Source of the DNA: Coleofasciculus sp. B1-GNL1-01
Lineage (GTDB): Bacteria; Cyanobacteriota; Cyanobacteriia; Cyanobacteriales; Coleofasciculaceae
Assembly (NCBI GenBank): GCA_040220235.1
Contig: JAVJTO010000004.1
Length of the DNA stretch: 64,000 nt
Reading direction: 5' to 3' (one strand)
Shown here: positions 1 through 9,803 of the stretch, in pieces
How positions within the stretch are numbered: position 1 is the first letter of the stretch
Layout: each line of letters starts with the position of its first letter
Made by a program: the position numbers and the translations under genes
The notes under the pieces: model-generated
Told to the model about the DNA's origin: nothing
Seen by the model: the letters and a program-made list of their open reading frames with translations, nothing else
The model's database searches: none

Positions 1-93
1 AATACTTTGAGGCGTATGGACAGTGGATAAAGTGCCAGGAAATGGGGTAGCATCCTTCCTAAGTATGGCATCACCTTGTTCAGGGAAAATGTA

Positions 94-206
94 CCCTTGC
101 TCCCCCAGCTCCCTCAGCTTCCCCTGCTTCCCCTGCTCCCCCTGCTTCCCCTGCTCCCTCAGCTTCCCCAGCTTCCCCTACTCCCCCTGCTTCCCCTGCT
201 CCCCCT
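94..206. repeat. 9-nt short tandem repeats (CCCCTGCT[T/C]-like)
   Basis: Visible tandem cccctgctt/cccctgctc/ccctcagct units; similar runs at ~3246-3282, 16520-16573, 25480-25535, 27095-27171. Confidence 0.8.
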
Positions 207-273
207 CACCTCACCACTTATTCAGCAAGCCCTACATATCATGTCATGCCCTTGAAGGTCGTGAAGGAAAACC

Positions 274-2832
274 TTACTCCTCAGAGGCGGGAGGCGCTGT
301 TACTGGTGCTGGTGCTGGTGCTGGTGCCGCCGGAGCGGGTTCAGGTGCAGCTTTGCGCGAGGCTGGAGGCGCTGGGGGCGGTGCTACAGGCGCTGGGGCG
401 GGTGCAGGGGCTGGCGGAGCCGAAACCGCCGCAGGTTGAGCTGGGGCTGGGGCTGGGGCTGGCGGAGCGGGTTTGGGTGCAGGTGCTGACCGTCTGGGGG
501 GTGGGTTGCTGGGCGCTGTGTTGCGAACCGGGGCTTGGCGACGGGTAGAACGGGCGGGTGCAGGTTGGCTCCTAGTGTTACTGCGACTACTTCCACCACT
601 GCTTCTGCTGCTTGAACGGCGTGGGGTATAACTACGACTGGTGGAACGAGAGGTTGATCGTCTGGTGGTCGAAGCGCGGCGGCTTGTCCGTCTTCTGCTA
701 GAGTGAGTCTGGGTTGTCTTCTTGGTATAGGTTTTTTTCGGCTCGATCGGTTTGGCTTCAATCGTCCCTTCCCGACCATCGAGTTTATCCGGTCGATCCG
801 GAAAGTCTTCCGCCCTCATATTTTCGACGGCTTCTTCCATAAATTCGCGCCAAGCGATCGCGGCGGTGCTACTGGCTCCCCAAGTTGGTTTATTATCATC
901 ATTACCTAGCCAAACACCAGTCACCAGTTGGGGAATATAGCCGATGAACCAGAGGTCGCGGGCTTCGTCTGAGGTTCCCGTTTTGCCCGCTACGGCGCGA
1001 TCGCGTAACTGAGCGTTCCCCCCTGTCCCCGACGTGACCACATTGCGGAGCATCCAGGTCATAATCGCAGCCGTGTCTTCGTCAATGGCTCGCTCGCGTT
1101 GGATCTGTTCTCGATAAATCACCTTACCCTGTCGATCCAGGATGCGGCGAATCCCATGGGGGTGGACGTGTATGCCTTGAGTGGCTAACGTGCCATAAGC
1201 ACTGGTCAACTCCAGTAAATTCACTTCTGACGCCCCCAACGCCAAGGAATAGGTTTTGTTGAGGGTCGATTCAATGCCCATTTTCTCGGCAATTTCCACT
1301 ACCGGGTCCCAACCCACCTTGATTAAGGTTTTCACTGCCACAATGTTCACTGAATGGGTGAGAGCATCCCGAATCGAAGTCCAACCGCGAAAGTTTTCAC
1401 TATAGTTCTTGGGTTCATAACCATCCACGACAAAGGGGGCATCCTGATAACTTTGATAGGGAGAGAAACCTGCCGCGATCGCGGTTGTGTAAACAAATGT
1501 TTTAAATGTCGAACCTGGTTGGCGTTGTGCCTGGGTGACGCGGTTAAATTGCTGATCTAAAAACTCCTTACCCCCAACCATGGCTTTGATTTGACCATTA
1601 CGCGGATCAATTGCCACTAATGCGGCTTGTTCAAACCGTTGGTATTTGCCATAGGTTTCGATTGTCTCTGCCACCGCCGCTTCTGCGGCTACTTGCCATT
1701 GAGGATTGAGGGTTGTTTCCACGATCAATCCCTTTTTACCCAAAACATCGGGGGGAACGTATTTCGGCAGTTCTTGTTGAATATATTCAGTAAAATAAGA
1801 CGCCTGTCGATCTAAACGCTTCGGGTTGCTGCGCTTTGTCCTTAAAGGAGTCGCGATCGCGGCGTCTGCTTCCCCTTCGGTAATATACCCATTTTTCTGC
1901 ATCCGGCGTAGCACCACATTCCGCCGCTCTTGGGCTATTTTTTTATTAATAAAGGGAGAATACTCGCTCGGTGCGGGTGGCAAGGCAGCTAAGGTTGCCA
2001 TTTCCGCTAAGGTCAATTCTGTGACAGGTTTACTAAAATACACCCAAGCCGCATCCGCGACGCCATACGCCCCAGACCCCAAATACACCAGATTCAAATA
2101 GCGCTCCAAGATTTGATCTTTCTCCAAATCCTGCTCAATTTTTTGCGCCATCCGCATTTCTTTGAGCTTACGCCCTAGGGTTTGTTGCTGATCAAAATAG
2201 ACAATCCGCGCCAACTGCTGGGTAATCGTACTGCCGCCTTCCACCACATCTCTGGCTAACAGATTCGAGAACGCCGCCCGGACAATCCCTTGGTAATCCA
2301 GTCCGCTATGCTTTTCAAAGCGTTGGTCTTCTATCGAAATAAACGCTTGCTTCAGCTTGTCCGGAATTTCCCATATTTTTAGATTATCGTGAGTCGCAGG
2401 TCCAATTTGGTGGAGAATCGTACCATCAGCCGCTTTTACGGTAATCGTCTCATCCCGGATATAGGTCAACACATCATCCGTGGACTCCGGTAAGGTTTCT
2501 TCCAGGGCTTGCCAACCCAAACCGAAGGCGATCGCACCACCACTGATCCCCACCATTCCTATCCCCACCCAAAACTTACGCCGACGATAGATAGGAGGGG
2601 GTCCGACAAATGACTTAACCAGGGTACTCGAAATTCCCTTGATCCCATTCATCGTCACCGTTACACCCCGGCGGCATCGTTTTGCCATACCCAAGCCTGG
2701 TGACGGTTTTTGCTGGGAGTCTGGTTGAATCTGATCCTCTTCCTCTGAGGCAGACTGGGCGGGTTGTTCCGTTACCGCCTCTGAATTCAACTGACTTGAT
2801 GGATCTTCGTGCTTTGGGATAGAATTTGACAC
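274..2832 (-). CDS. Class A penicillin-binding protein (PBP1A family, transglycosylase + transpeptidase) with low-complexity C-terminal tail
   Basis: TG motifs EDQRF, GGSTITQQL, RKLKE, YLNLVYLG; TP motifs STFK, SVN, KTG; N-terminal TM helix. Confidence 0.93.
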   Translation of the reverse strand: MSNSIPKHEDPSSQLNSEAVTEQPAQSASEEEDQIQPDSQQKPSPGLGMAKRCRRGVTVTMNGIKGISSTLVKSFVGPPPIYRRRKFWVGIGMVGISGGAIAFGLGWQALEETLPESTDDVLTYIRDETITVKAADGTILHQIGPATHDNLKIWEIPDKLKQAFISIEDQRFEKHSGLDYQGIVRAAFSNLLARDVVEGGSTITQQLARIVYFDQQQTLGRKLKEMRMAQKIEQDLEKDQILERYLNLVYLGSGAYGVADAAWVYFSKPVTELTLAEMATLAALPPAPSEYSPFINKKIAQERRNVVLRRMQKNGYITEGEADAAIATPLRTKRSNPKRLDRQASYFTEYIQQELPKYVPPDVLGKKGLIVETTLNPQWQVAAEAAVAETIETYGKYQRFEQAALVAIDPRNGQIKAMVGGKEFLDQQFNRVTQAQRQPGSTFKTFVYTTAIAAGFSPYQSYQDAPFVVDGYEPKNYSENFRGWTSIRDALTHSVNIVAVKTLIKVGWDPVVEIAEKMGIESTLNKTYSLALGASEVNLLELTSAYGTLATQGIHVHPHGIRRILDRQGKVIYREQIQRERAIDEDTAAIMTWMLRNVVTSGTGGNAQLRDRAVAGKTGTSDEARDLWFIGYIPQLVTGVWLGNDDNKPTWGASSTAAIAWREFMEEAVENMRAEDFPDRPDKLDGREGTIEAKPIEPKKTYTKKTTQTHSSRRRTSRRASTTRRSTSRSTSRSYTPRRSSSRSSGGSSRSNTRSQPAPARSTRRQAPVRNTAPSNPPPRRSAPAPKPAPPAPAPAPAQPAAVSAPPAPAPAPAPVAPPPAPPASRKAAPEPAPAAPAPAPAPVTAPPASEE

Positions 2833-3355
2833 TTGAACTCCTCAATTAAACCACAAGCCGCCATGACCTCTTGCTTATTTTAGGGCTTGGGATCAAAATT
2901 TGCCGGATGGATGAAGCCAAGCTTCCTTCTCAGTAAAATCCCGATGAGTAAGACTTGGCAATATAGCGTCATCCTAGCATCGGTTTCGTTGGCGTTGAGG
3001 TGTCGCCTGGGTGCAATCGATTTTGTCTGCCAATGGTTATCATTTTTTCTTTTTAAGCCGTTTAAGTCACTCCAGCGCTCAAATTGTATCTCAACTATTG
3101 GAAAAATCCCACCGTACCCAGGGATACTGGGATTGGAGCCAGTTCGGACACCATAAGGCGATCGCACTTAAAGAGGTAACATCTGGAGAGCCAAACACAG
3201 ATTACCTAGTGCAAGAAGGCAGAAATAACTGAACAGCTAATATCTCCCCCCGCTTCCCCTGCTCCCTCTGCTCCCCCTGCTTCATCGTATCTACGAAGCT
3301 GCTCAAGTATTTTTATGCCCGCTGCACTAGCGCGATCGCATGAATTATTTATCCC

Positions 3356-3468
3356 GTAGGGTGCGTTAGGCGCTGGCTTGGGTTTAGTTAAAAAATTGAG
3401 GATTTTCTCGCCGTAACGCACCGTTTTCGGTTGGGATGGTGCGTTACACTTGCGTTTTCACACCCTAC
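3356..3468. repeat. GTAG-type REP cluster (GTAGGGTGCGTTA...TAACGCACC...CACCCTAC)
   Basis: Inverted repeats beginning GTAG and ending CTAC. Confidence 0.65.
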
Positions 3469-3495
3469 AGCGATCGCACTTCATTTCAACCTAAT

Positions 3496-3828
3496 GCGAT
3501 CGCACTTCTATTTTTACCCATTTATACGATAGAGGCTTGACTTTGGTTAATTTATTAGGTACTATTTTATCATGGAAAAATGTGCCAGCCTATAGACTCT
3601 TTCCTCATCACTTCAAAAACACAGATTACACAGATTGAATAACACTAAAGAGAAGACTCAAAGCGTGAAGGACGCAGATTGACACAGAGGACTTAATAAT
3701 ATCCCGACAATTCTTACATCTCCTGCCAATTGAGAACTAACACCTCTGTGAAAGAGCGTGCAACTAACCTCTCACCCCCCACCGCTACCGTTTCTCTAAA
3801 TCCGTGAAATCAGTGTTACTGTGATCGC
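3496..3828 (+). repeat. ~333-bp HIP1-bounded repeat, copy 1 (promoter + nested inverted repeats; possible ncRNA)
   Basis: Aligns end to end with 4388-4724; starts GCGATCGC, ends GTGATCGC. Confidence 0.85.
3537..3565 (+). promoter_or_regulatory. Putative sigma70 promoter TTGACT-N17-TACTAT
   Basis: Near-consensus -35/-10 with 17-nt spacer; both hexamers conserved in copy 2 while the spacer diverges. Confidence 0.65.
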
Positions 3829-3877
3829 AACAGCTAGGTTAGAATTGTTGTAGCCTAGGCAGAGAGTGAGGTAAGGA

Positions 3878-4177
3878 TTGCGTTATAGCTTTGATTGGGA
3901 CTCGACCAAAAACCAGCAAAACATTCGTAAACACCGGGTTTCTTTTCGTCAAGCTGCGACAATCTTTCGAGATCCCAACCAGCTTTCTATTTATGATGAG
4001 GAACATAGTCAGGATGAGGAACGCTGGATTACTATGGGAATAGACAGCACAGGTGTGGTTCGCGTTGTCGTACATACTTATGAACAGATCAACGATGAAT
4101 TGTGCCAAATTCGGATTATTTCGGCACGTAAAGCAACAAATCAAGAAATGAGCCAGTATAGGGAGGGGAATCAATGA
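3878..4177 (+). CDS. brnT: BrnT-family type II toxin
   Basis: FDWDxxKNxxNIRKHxVSF...EER...IRIISARKA signature. Confidence 0.88.
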   Translation: MRYSFDWDSTKNQQNIRKHRVSFRQAATIFRDPNQLSIYDEEHSQDEERWITMGIDSTGVVRVVVHTYEQINDELCQIRIISARKATNQEMSQYREGNQ

Positions 4178-4383
4178 AAGCAGACTATGATTTTTCTAAG
4201 GGTGAACGAGGCAAGTTTTATCATCCTGATACCGTTTTCAGCTTTCCCATTTATCTTGAACCTGATGTCAATGAGGTTATGAACAAGCTTGCTAATGAGA
4301 ATGGCGTTGAGGTTGAGATATTGGTGAATGAATGGCTCAGAGCTAATATAAAGCTGATTGAAAGTGTTCGGCGAACTAATTGA
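4174..4383 (+). CDS. Putative antitoxin (BrnA/CopG-like) of BrnT
   Basis: ATGA overlap with the toxin; MKxxYDFSKGxRGKFY N-terminus typical of BrnT partners. Confidence 0.75.
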   Translation: MKADYDFSKGERGKFYHPDTVFSFPIYLEPDVNEVMNKLANENGVEVEILVNEWLRANIKLIESVRRTN

Positions 4384-4387
4384 TAGG

Positions 4388-4724
4388 GCGATCGCACTTC
4401 TATTTTTACCCATTTATACGATAGAAGCTTAAGCTTGACTTAGGCTAATTTTTTAGGTACTATTTCATCATGGGAAAATGTGTCCGCCTATAGACTCTAT
4501 ACTCATCACTTCAAAAACACAGATTGCACCGATTGAATGTCACTAAATAGAAGACTCAATAGCGAAGCACACAGATTGACACAGAGGACTTAATAATTTC
4601 CCGAAATTCAAACATCTTGTGGCTATTGATGACTAACACCTCCGTGAAATCAGTGGATGCTCACCTCTCACTTCCCACCGTTTACGCTTCTCTAAATCAG
4701 CGAAATCAGTGTTACGGCGATCGC
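4388..4724 (+). repeat. ~337-bp HIP1-bounded repeat, copy 2
   Basis: Direct repeat of 3496-3828; perfect GCGATCGC at both ends (4388-4395, 4717-4724). Confidence 0.85.
4435..4463 (+). promoter_or_regulatory. Putative sigma70 promoter TTGACT-N17-TACTAT (copy 2)
   Basis: Same hexamers and spacing as 3537-3565. Confidence 0.65.
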
Positions 4725-5204
4725 TACTTTGAGCCTAATAGTTTGTCTTATGGGGCGTGTGTTCCGATCCAAAACCAAACTAGATCATTTACCAATTTGT
4801 GGCTGTTGTATCCATGGCTACAGACATTGTTTAGGCTTTCCTTCAAGTTGTTTGGGCTACACTTGTCAAGTTCTGATAATTCAAACTATTCTTTCCCAAA
4901 AAAAAGTTTGAATATTTAAATCTGTTTGATGTCTTAACACAACATCATAATTGCTCGTTTTTTACTCAGTTTCCGGAATAATCTACGAATTATCAGGGGA
5001 TTCAGCTAATGTGAGCCAGATGTGCGATGTTCAGGTATATTATCTATGGTGGATATTTTGTGTGCAAAAATAATTCAAATACAGCTAAACCCCGTGAATC
5101 TTGGTAAAACATTGTATAAGTTCTGGTTTTCGTCTCCCGCCCAACGTTCCCTTGGAGGCATGTATTTTGGTAAAGTTGGGATAAAAATTATTACAAGGGA
5201 TTGA

Positions 5205-5411
5205 CAAAAACACAGAGTACACAGACAAGGAAATGGCACAGACAGAATACTAAATCGTGAGGGACACAGATTCACACAGACAACTAACTAATTTCCCCAC
5301 AATCATCTTTTTCTCTTTTGCCTCCCCAGAACTAACGCTTCTGTGAAATCAGTGCTATTAACCCCCCAACGCCCCACCCTTACCATCTCCAAAAATCCGT
5401 GAAATCAGTGT
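5205..5411 (+). repeat. Diverged third copy of the repeat core
   Basis: Retains AAAAACACAGA..CACAGA, CACAGATTCACACAGA, TCTGTGAAATCAGTG and AATCCGTGAAATCAGTGT blocks at similar spacing. Confidence 0.7.
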
Positions 5412-5444
5412 GCCAGATTCTTACAATAGAAAGCACAAACCTAA

Positions 5445-7076
5445 TTGCCTCAAACGCTGCTTGTGACTGCTTCTGCTTTTACCGCTGAACGCCTACTCTT
5501 TACACCCACTACCCCCGAAACCGATGCCATCCCCACCATCTTTGCCTTTCCCAATGACTACACCGTAGGCATCACCAGCCTAGGCTATCAGGTGGTTTGG
5601 GCAACCCTAGCCTCGCGATCTGACCTCCAGGTGAGTCGCTTGTTTACTGATTGCCATGAACCATTGCCCAGACAAGCCGAATTACTCGGCTTGTCTATAT
5701 CATGGGAACTCGATTATGTCAATATATTGTCCCTACTTGAATCCTTAGAGATTCCGGTACGATCCGCACAACGAGAGGATCGCCATCCCCTCGTGTTTGG
5801 TGGCGGACCCGTTCTAACTGCAAACCCTGAACCCTTTGCTGATTTCTTTGATCTGATCTTGTTAGGGGATGGGGAAACCCTATTAGGGGATTTCATTAAC
5901 GCTTATAAACAGGTTCGCCAAGCCGATAGACCCGAAAAATTGCGGCATTTAGCCCAAGTTCCAGGGATATATGTTCCCAGTCTGTATACCGTAACCTATC
6001 AGGATCAAACAGGCGCGATCGCATCCATTCAACCTGTTGATGCCCAGATACCCCCAACAGTAACCAAGCAAACCTATCGCGGTAATACTCTATCCGCCTC
6101 CACCGTTGTCACGGAGAAAGCCGCTTGGGAAAATATTTACATGGTGGAAGTGGTACGCAGTTGCCCAGAAATGTGCCGTTTCTGTTTAGCCAGTTATTTA
6201 ACCTTGCCCTTTCGCACGCCGAGTGCCACGGATTCGTTGATTCCAGCGATTGAACGCGGATTGACGGTAACTAAGCGGATTGGCTTACTGGGGGCGTCGG
6301 TGACTCAGCATCCAGAGTTTGAAGTCTTGCTGGATTATCTGGCACAACCAGACTATGATGATGTCCGCTTGAGTATTGCCTCAGTGCGAACCAATACCGT
6401 CACGCCCAAGCTAGCGGAAACCTTGTCGAAACGGGACACGCGATCGATCACTATTGCTGTGGAAAGTGGTTCGGAACGATTACGGCAAATTATTAATAAG
6501 AAATTGAATAATCAGGAGATCATCCAGGCGGCAATTAATGCCAAGGCGGGAGGATTAAAGGCACTCAAGCTTTATGGGATGGTGGGTGTTCCCGGAGAAG
6601 AGATGTCTGATGTGGAACAAACCGTAGCCATGATGCAGGCGATCAAAAAAGCCGCCCCAGGTTTACGTTTAACGCTGGGATGTAGTACATTTGTTCCCAA
6701 AGCCCATACCCCCTTTCAATGGTTTGGCGTGAATCCCGCCGCCCAGAAGCGGTTGAAGTATTTACAGAAAACCTTGCGATCGCAGGGGATTGACTTTCGC
6801 CCGGAAAGCTATAACTGGTCAGTAATTCAGGCGCTAATCTCTAGAGGCGATCGCCGATTGTCGGAGTTGTTAGAATTAACACGGCATTATGGCGACTCCG
6901 TGGGCAGTTTTCGACGGGCATTCAAGCAGTTAAAAGGCAAGTTGCCAGAATTGGATTTTTATGTACATGACGATTGGTCAACAGAGCAAATATTGCCTTG
7001 GAGTCATTTACAAGGATCTTTACCTCAAGGTACATTAATAAAACATTTGGATGCGGCGATGTCTATTAGTCATTAG
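5445..7076 (+). CDS. B12-binding-domain-like radical SAM protein (start possibly GTG at 5463)
   Basis: CxxxCxxC (CPEMCRFC); FGGGP...NPEPFADFFD...GDGE motif. Confidence 0.85.
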   Translation: MPQTLLVTASAFTAERLLFTPTTPETDAIPTIFAFPNDYTVGITSLGYQVVWATLASRSDLQVSRLFTDCHEPLPRQAELLGLSISWELDYVNILSLLESLEIPVRSAQREDRHPLVFGGGPVLTANPEPFADFFDLILLGDGETLLGDFINAYKQVRQADRPEKLRHLAQVPGIYVPSLYTVTYQDQTGAIASIQPVDAQIPPTVTKQTYRGNTLSASTVVTEKAAWENIYMVEVVRSCPEMCRFCLASYLTLPFRTPSATDSLIPAIERGLTVTKRIGLLGASVTQHPEFEVLLDYLAQPDYDDVRLSIASVRTNTVTPKLAETLSKRDTRSITIAVESGSERLRQIINKKLNNQEIIQAAINAKAGGLKALKLYGMVGVPGEEMSDVEQTVAMMQAIKKAAPGLRLTLGCSTFVPKAHTPFQWFGVNPAAQKRLKYLQKTLRSQGIDFRPESYNWSVIQALISRGDRRLSELLELTRHYGDSVGSFRRAFKQLKGKLPELDFYVHDDWSTEQILPWSHLQGSLPQGTLIKHLDAAMSISH

Positions 7077-7125
7077 TCATTAGTCATTCGTCCTTTGTCC
7101 TTTGTCATAAGTCCTTCGATAACTC

Positions 7126-7419
7126 ATGCAAGATTTAAAAGCCGAACTCGCCCAATCTGTCGATGAAGCTGCTTGGGACTGGCTGGTTCCTCATGCTAAA
7201 CGAGATGTTGTGATTGTGGTGAAGCCAGAGTTAGATTTACTCGATGTGGGAGTCGCGATCGCGAATGATGATACGTTGTCTGTCCAGTCTTGGATTAGTC
7301 ACCAACAGCTTCACAAACCGTTTGCGAATCAGTTAGCCGATTGGAATAGCGATCAAAGTAAACGTTTTCAAGCTTTGATTGTACAACCCTATGTTTTAGT
7401 GCAAGAACTCGCCGCCTAA
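7126..7419 (+). CDS. DUF2288-family protein
   Basis: WDWLxPHAKRD...LDLLDVGxAIA.D...V..WI...F.ALIVQPYVLVQ pattern. Confidence 0.75.
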   Translation: MQDLKAELAQSVDEAAWDWLVPHAKRDVVIVVKPELDLLDVGVAIANDDTLSVQSWISHQQLHKPFANQLADWNSDQSKRFQALIVQPYVLVQELAA

Positions 7420-7491
7420 AACATTGCTGAGTTTAACCTCATTAATCGGTTATATTCCAGACGTGCCATGGAACGTCTGTAGCAAGTCATT

Positions 7492-7655
7492 GGAGGGGCG
7501 GGTTTAGCCACCATTGTAGGGGCGGGTTTAGGGACAATTGTAGGGACGGGTTTAGGGACAATTGTAGGGGCGGGTTTAGGGACAATTGTAGGGGCGGGTT
7601 TAGGGACAATTGTAGGGGCGGGTTTAGGGACAATTGTAGGGGCGGGTTTAGGGAC
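7492..7655 (+). repeat. Tandem array of a 24-nt REP-arm unit GTAGGGGCGGGTTTAGGGACAATT (~7 copies)
   Basis: Units start at 7492 (degenerate), 7516, 7540, 7564, 7588, 7612, 7636. Confidence 0.92.
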
Positions 7656-7665
7656 TAAATTCAGA

Positions 7666-7811
7666 TCTTCACCGATAAAGGAACAACAAAACCCGCCCTC
7701 CCCACCGATAAAGGAACAACAAAACCCGCCCTCCCCACCGATAAAGGAACAACAAAACCCGCCCTCTTCACCGATAAAGGAACAACAAAACCCGCCCTCT
7801 TCACCGATAAA
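7666..7811 (+). repeat. Tandem array of a 33-nt unit CACCGATAAAGGAACAACAAAACCCGCCCTC(CC/TT) (4 copies + partial)
   Basis: Units start at 7670, 7703, 7736, 7769, 7802; contains AAACCCGCCC, complementary to the 24-mer arm. Confidence 0.92.
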
Positions 7812-7827
7812 TAAACTCTCATACGTT

Positions 7828-8442
7828 TTATTTGTTCAGGAAATTGGATGTCTGACCCAGAGTCGCGCCAGTATGTCCAGTTGTCACCCACAATAACGCC
7901 CTCGCACCATCCCGTAGGGATTTCTCAATCGGTTCCGGATCACGTCCTAATGACACCGGGACAGGTTTAATAGTGATCCCGCGACTACCAAATACAATTT
8001 CACCAATTACCCGCGCCCGTAACATGTGATCGTCGGCTGTAATCAAATAGACACCATCGATTCCTTGGGCTTTCAACTCATCCACCAACGTCGTAAAGTT
8101 CGTCACCGTATCGGTAGCGCGGCGATCAATATGCAGGTGATTGCGGGGAATTCCCGCCTTGGCGAATACCTTTTCGGTGTACCAAGACGGACTACCCGAC
8201 GATACCCAGATGTGGAGATCGGGGTGATGCTGGGCAAAATCCGCCGCAAACAGTTCTCGTTCTTCTTCTCCCCCTAAAACCAAAATAGCTTCCGGCTGGA
8301 TCAAATAACTTTGAATTTGCTTATAGCCACAGAATAGCGAAACCGCCAAAATCGGCATCAGCCAGGATAGCAATCTAATCTTAGAGCGCCGCGATCGCGA
8401 AAACCCATATCGCCGTTGACGCACAGAAATCCTCAAAAGCAT
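7828..8442 (-). CDS. YdcF/DUF218 family protein
   Basis: ILVLGG...RE; AxDTVTNFT; YLITxDxHMxRA. Confidence 0.85.
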   Translation of the reverse strand: MLLRISVRQRRYGFSRSRRSKIRLLSWLMPILAVSLFCGYKQIQSYLIQPEAILVLGGEEERELFAADFAQHHPDLHIWVSSGSPSWYTEKVFAKAGIPRNHLHIDRRATDTVTNFTTLVDELKAQGIDGVYLITADDHMLRARVIGEIVFGSRGITIKPVPVSLGRDPEPIEKSLRDGARALLWVTTGHTGATLGQTSNFLNK

Positions 8443-8700
8443 GAATAAACAGATGAATCAGGTGGTATCAAGGAGGAGCGCTCGTTTGGGCGGAACCTGG
8501 AAATCCCCCCTACATCGCAAGATACCAGTCTAAAGGTACGCTTAACCGCAATGCAATCCATTACTGGAAAAGTTCCACGATCCCCTGAAAACTTTCCACT
8601 CTAATTCTCTGCTAGTCCGTAAAGCTTCTAAAAATCTACTGTCAGATGACTTCAAATTAGGCAGCCGCCGTGATAATATTCGACACAAAGGTGGAAGATG

Positions 8701-9684
<984 letters not shown>

Positions 9685-9803
9685 TATCCTTCTGTTGTTA
9701 ATCGTGTTTGTCGATTCGGGTAATCGATTTGAAAACACAGGGATGTCAACAATGACGTTTTACTGACGGGACTGGCCGGATTCGAACCGGCGACCTAGCG
9801 CTT

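Noticed and set aside
23..779. ORFs 23-439, 246-548 and 384-779
   Set aside because: Products of 9-nt repeats and shadow frames of the PBP1A low-complexity tail
2880..3232. Overlapping short ORFs upstream of the PBP gene
   Set aside because: No recognisable motifs or RBS; mutually overlapping on both strands
3572..3595. 7-codon ORF (MEKCASL / MGKCVRL) just after the repeat promoter in both copies
   Set aside because: Too short, and substitutions are nonsynonymous; cannot be supported as a peptide
4617..5275. Short ORFs between the TA pair and the radical SAM gene
   Set aside because: Overlap repeat copies or AT-rich spacer; frames are not conserved between copies
7492..7811. Possible CRISPR array
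   Set aside because: Units are head-to-tail with no unique spacers, derive from REP arms, and no cas genes are present
7661..7891. 76-aa ORF with RAGFVVPLSV repeats
   Set aside because: Translation of the 33-nt tandem repeat
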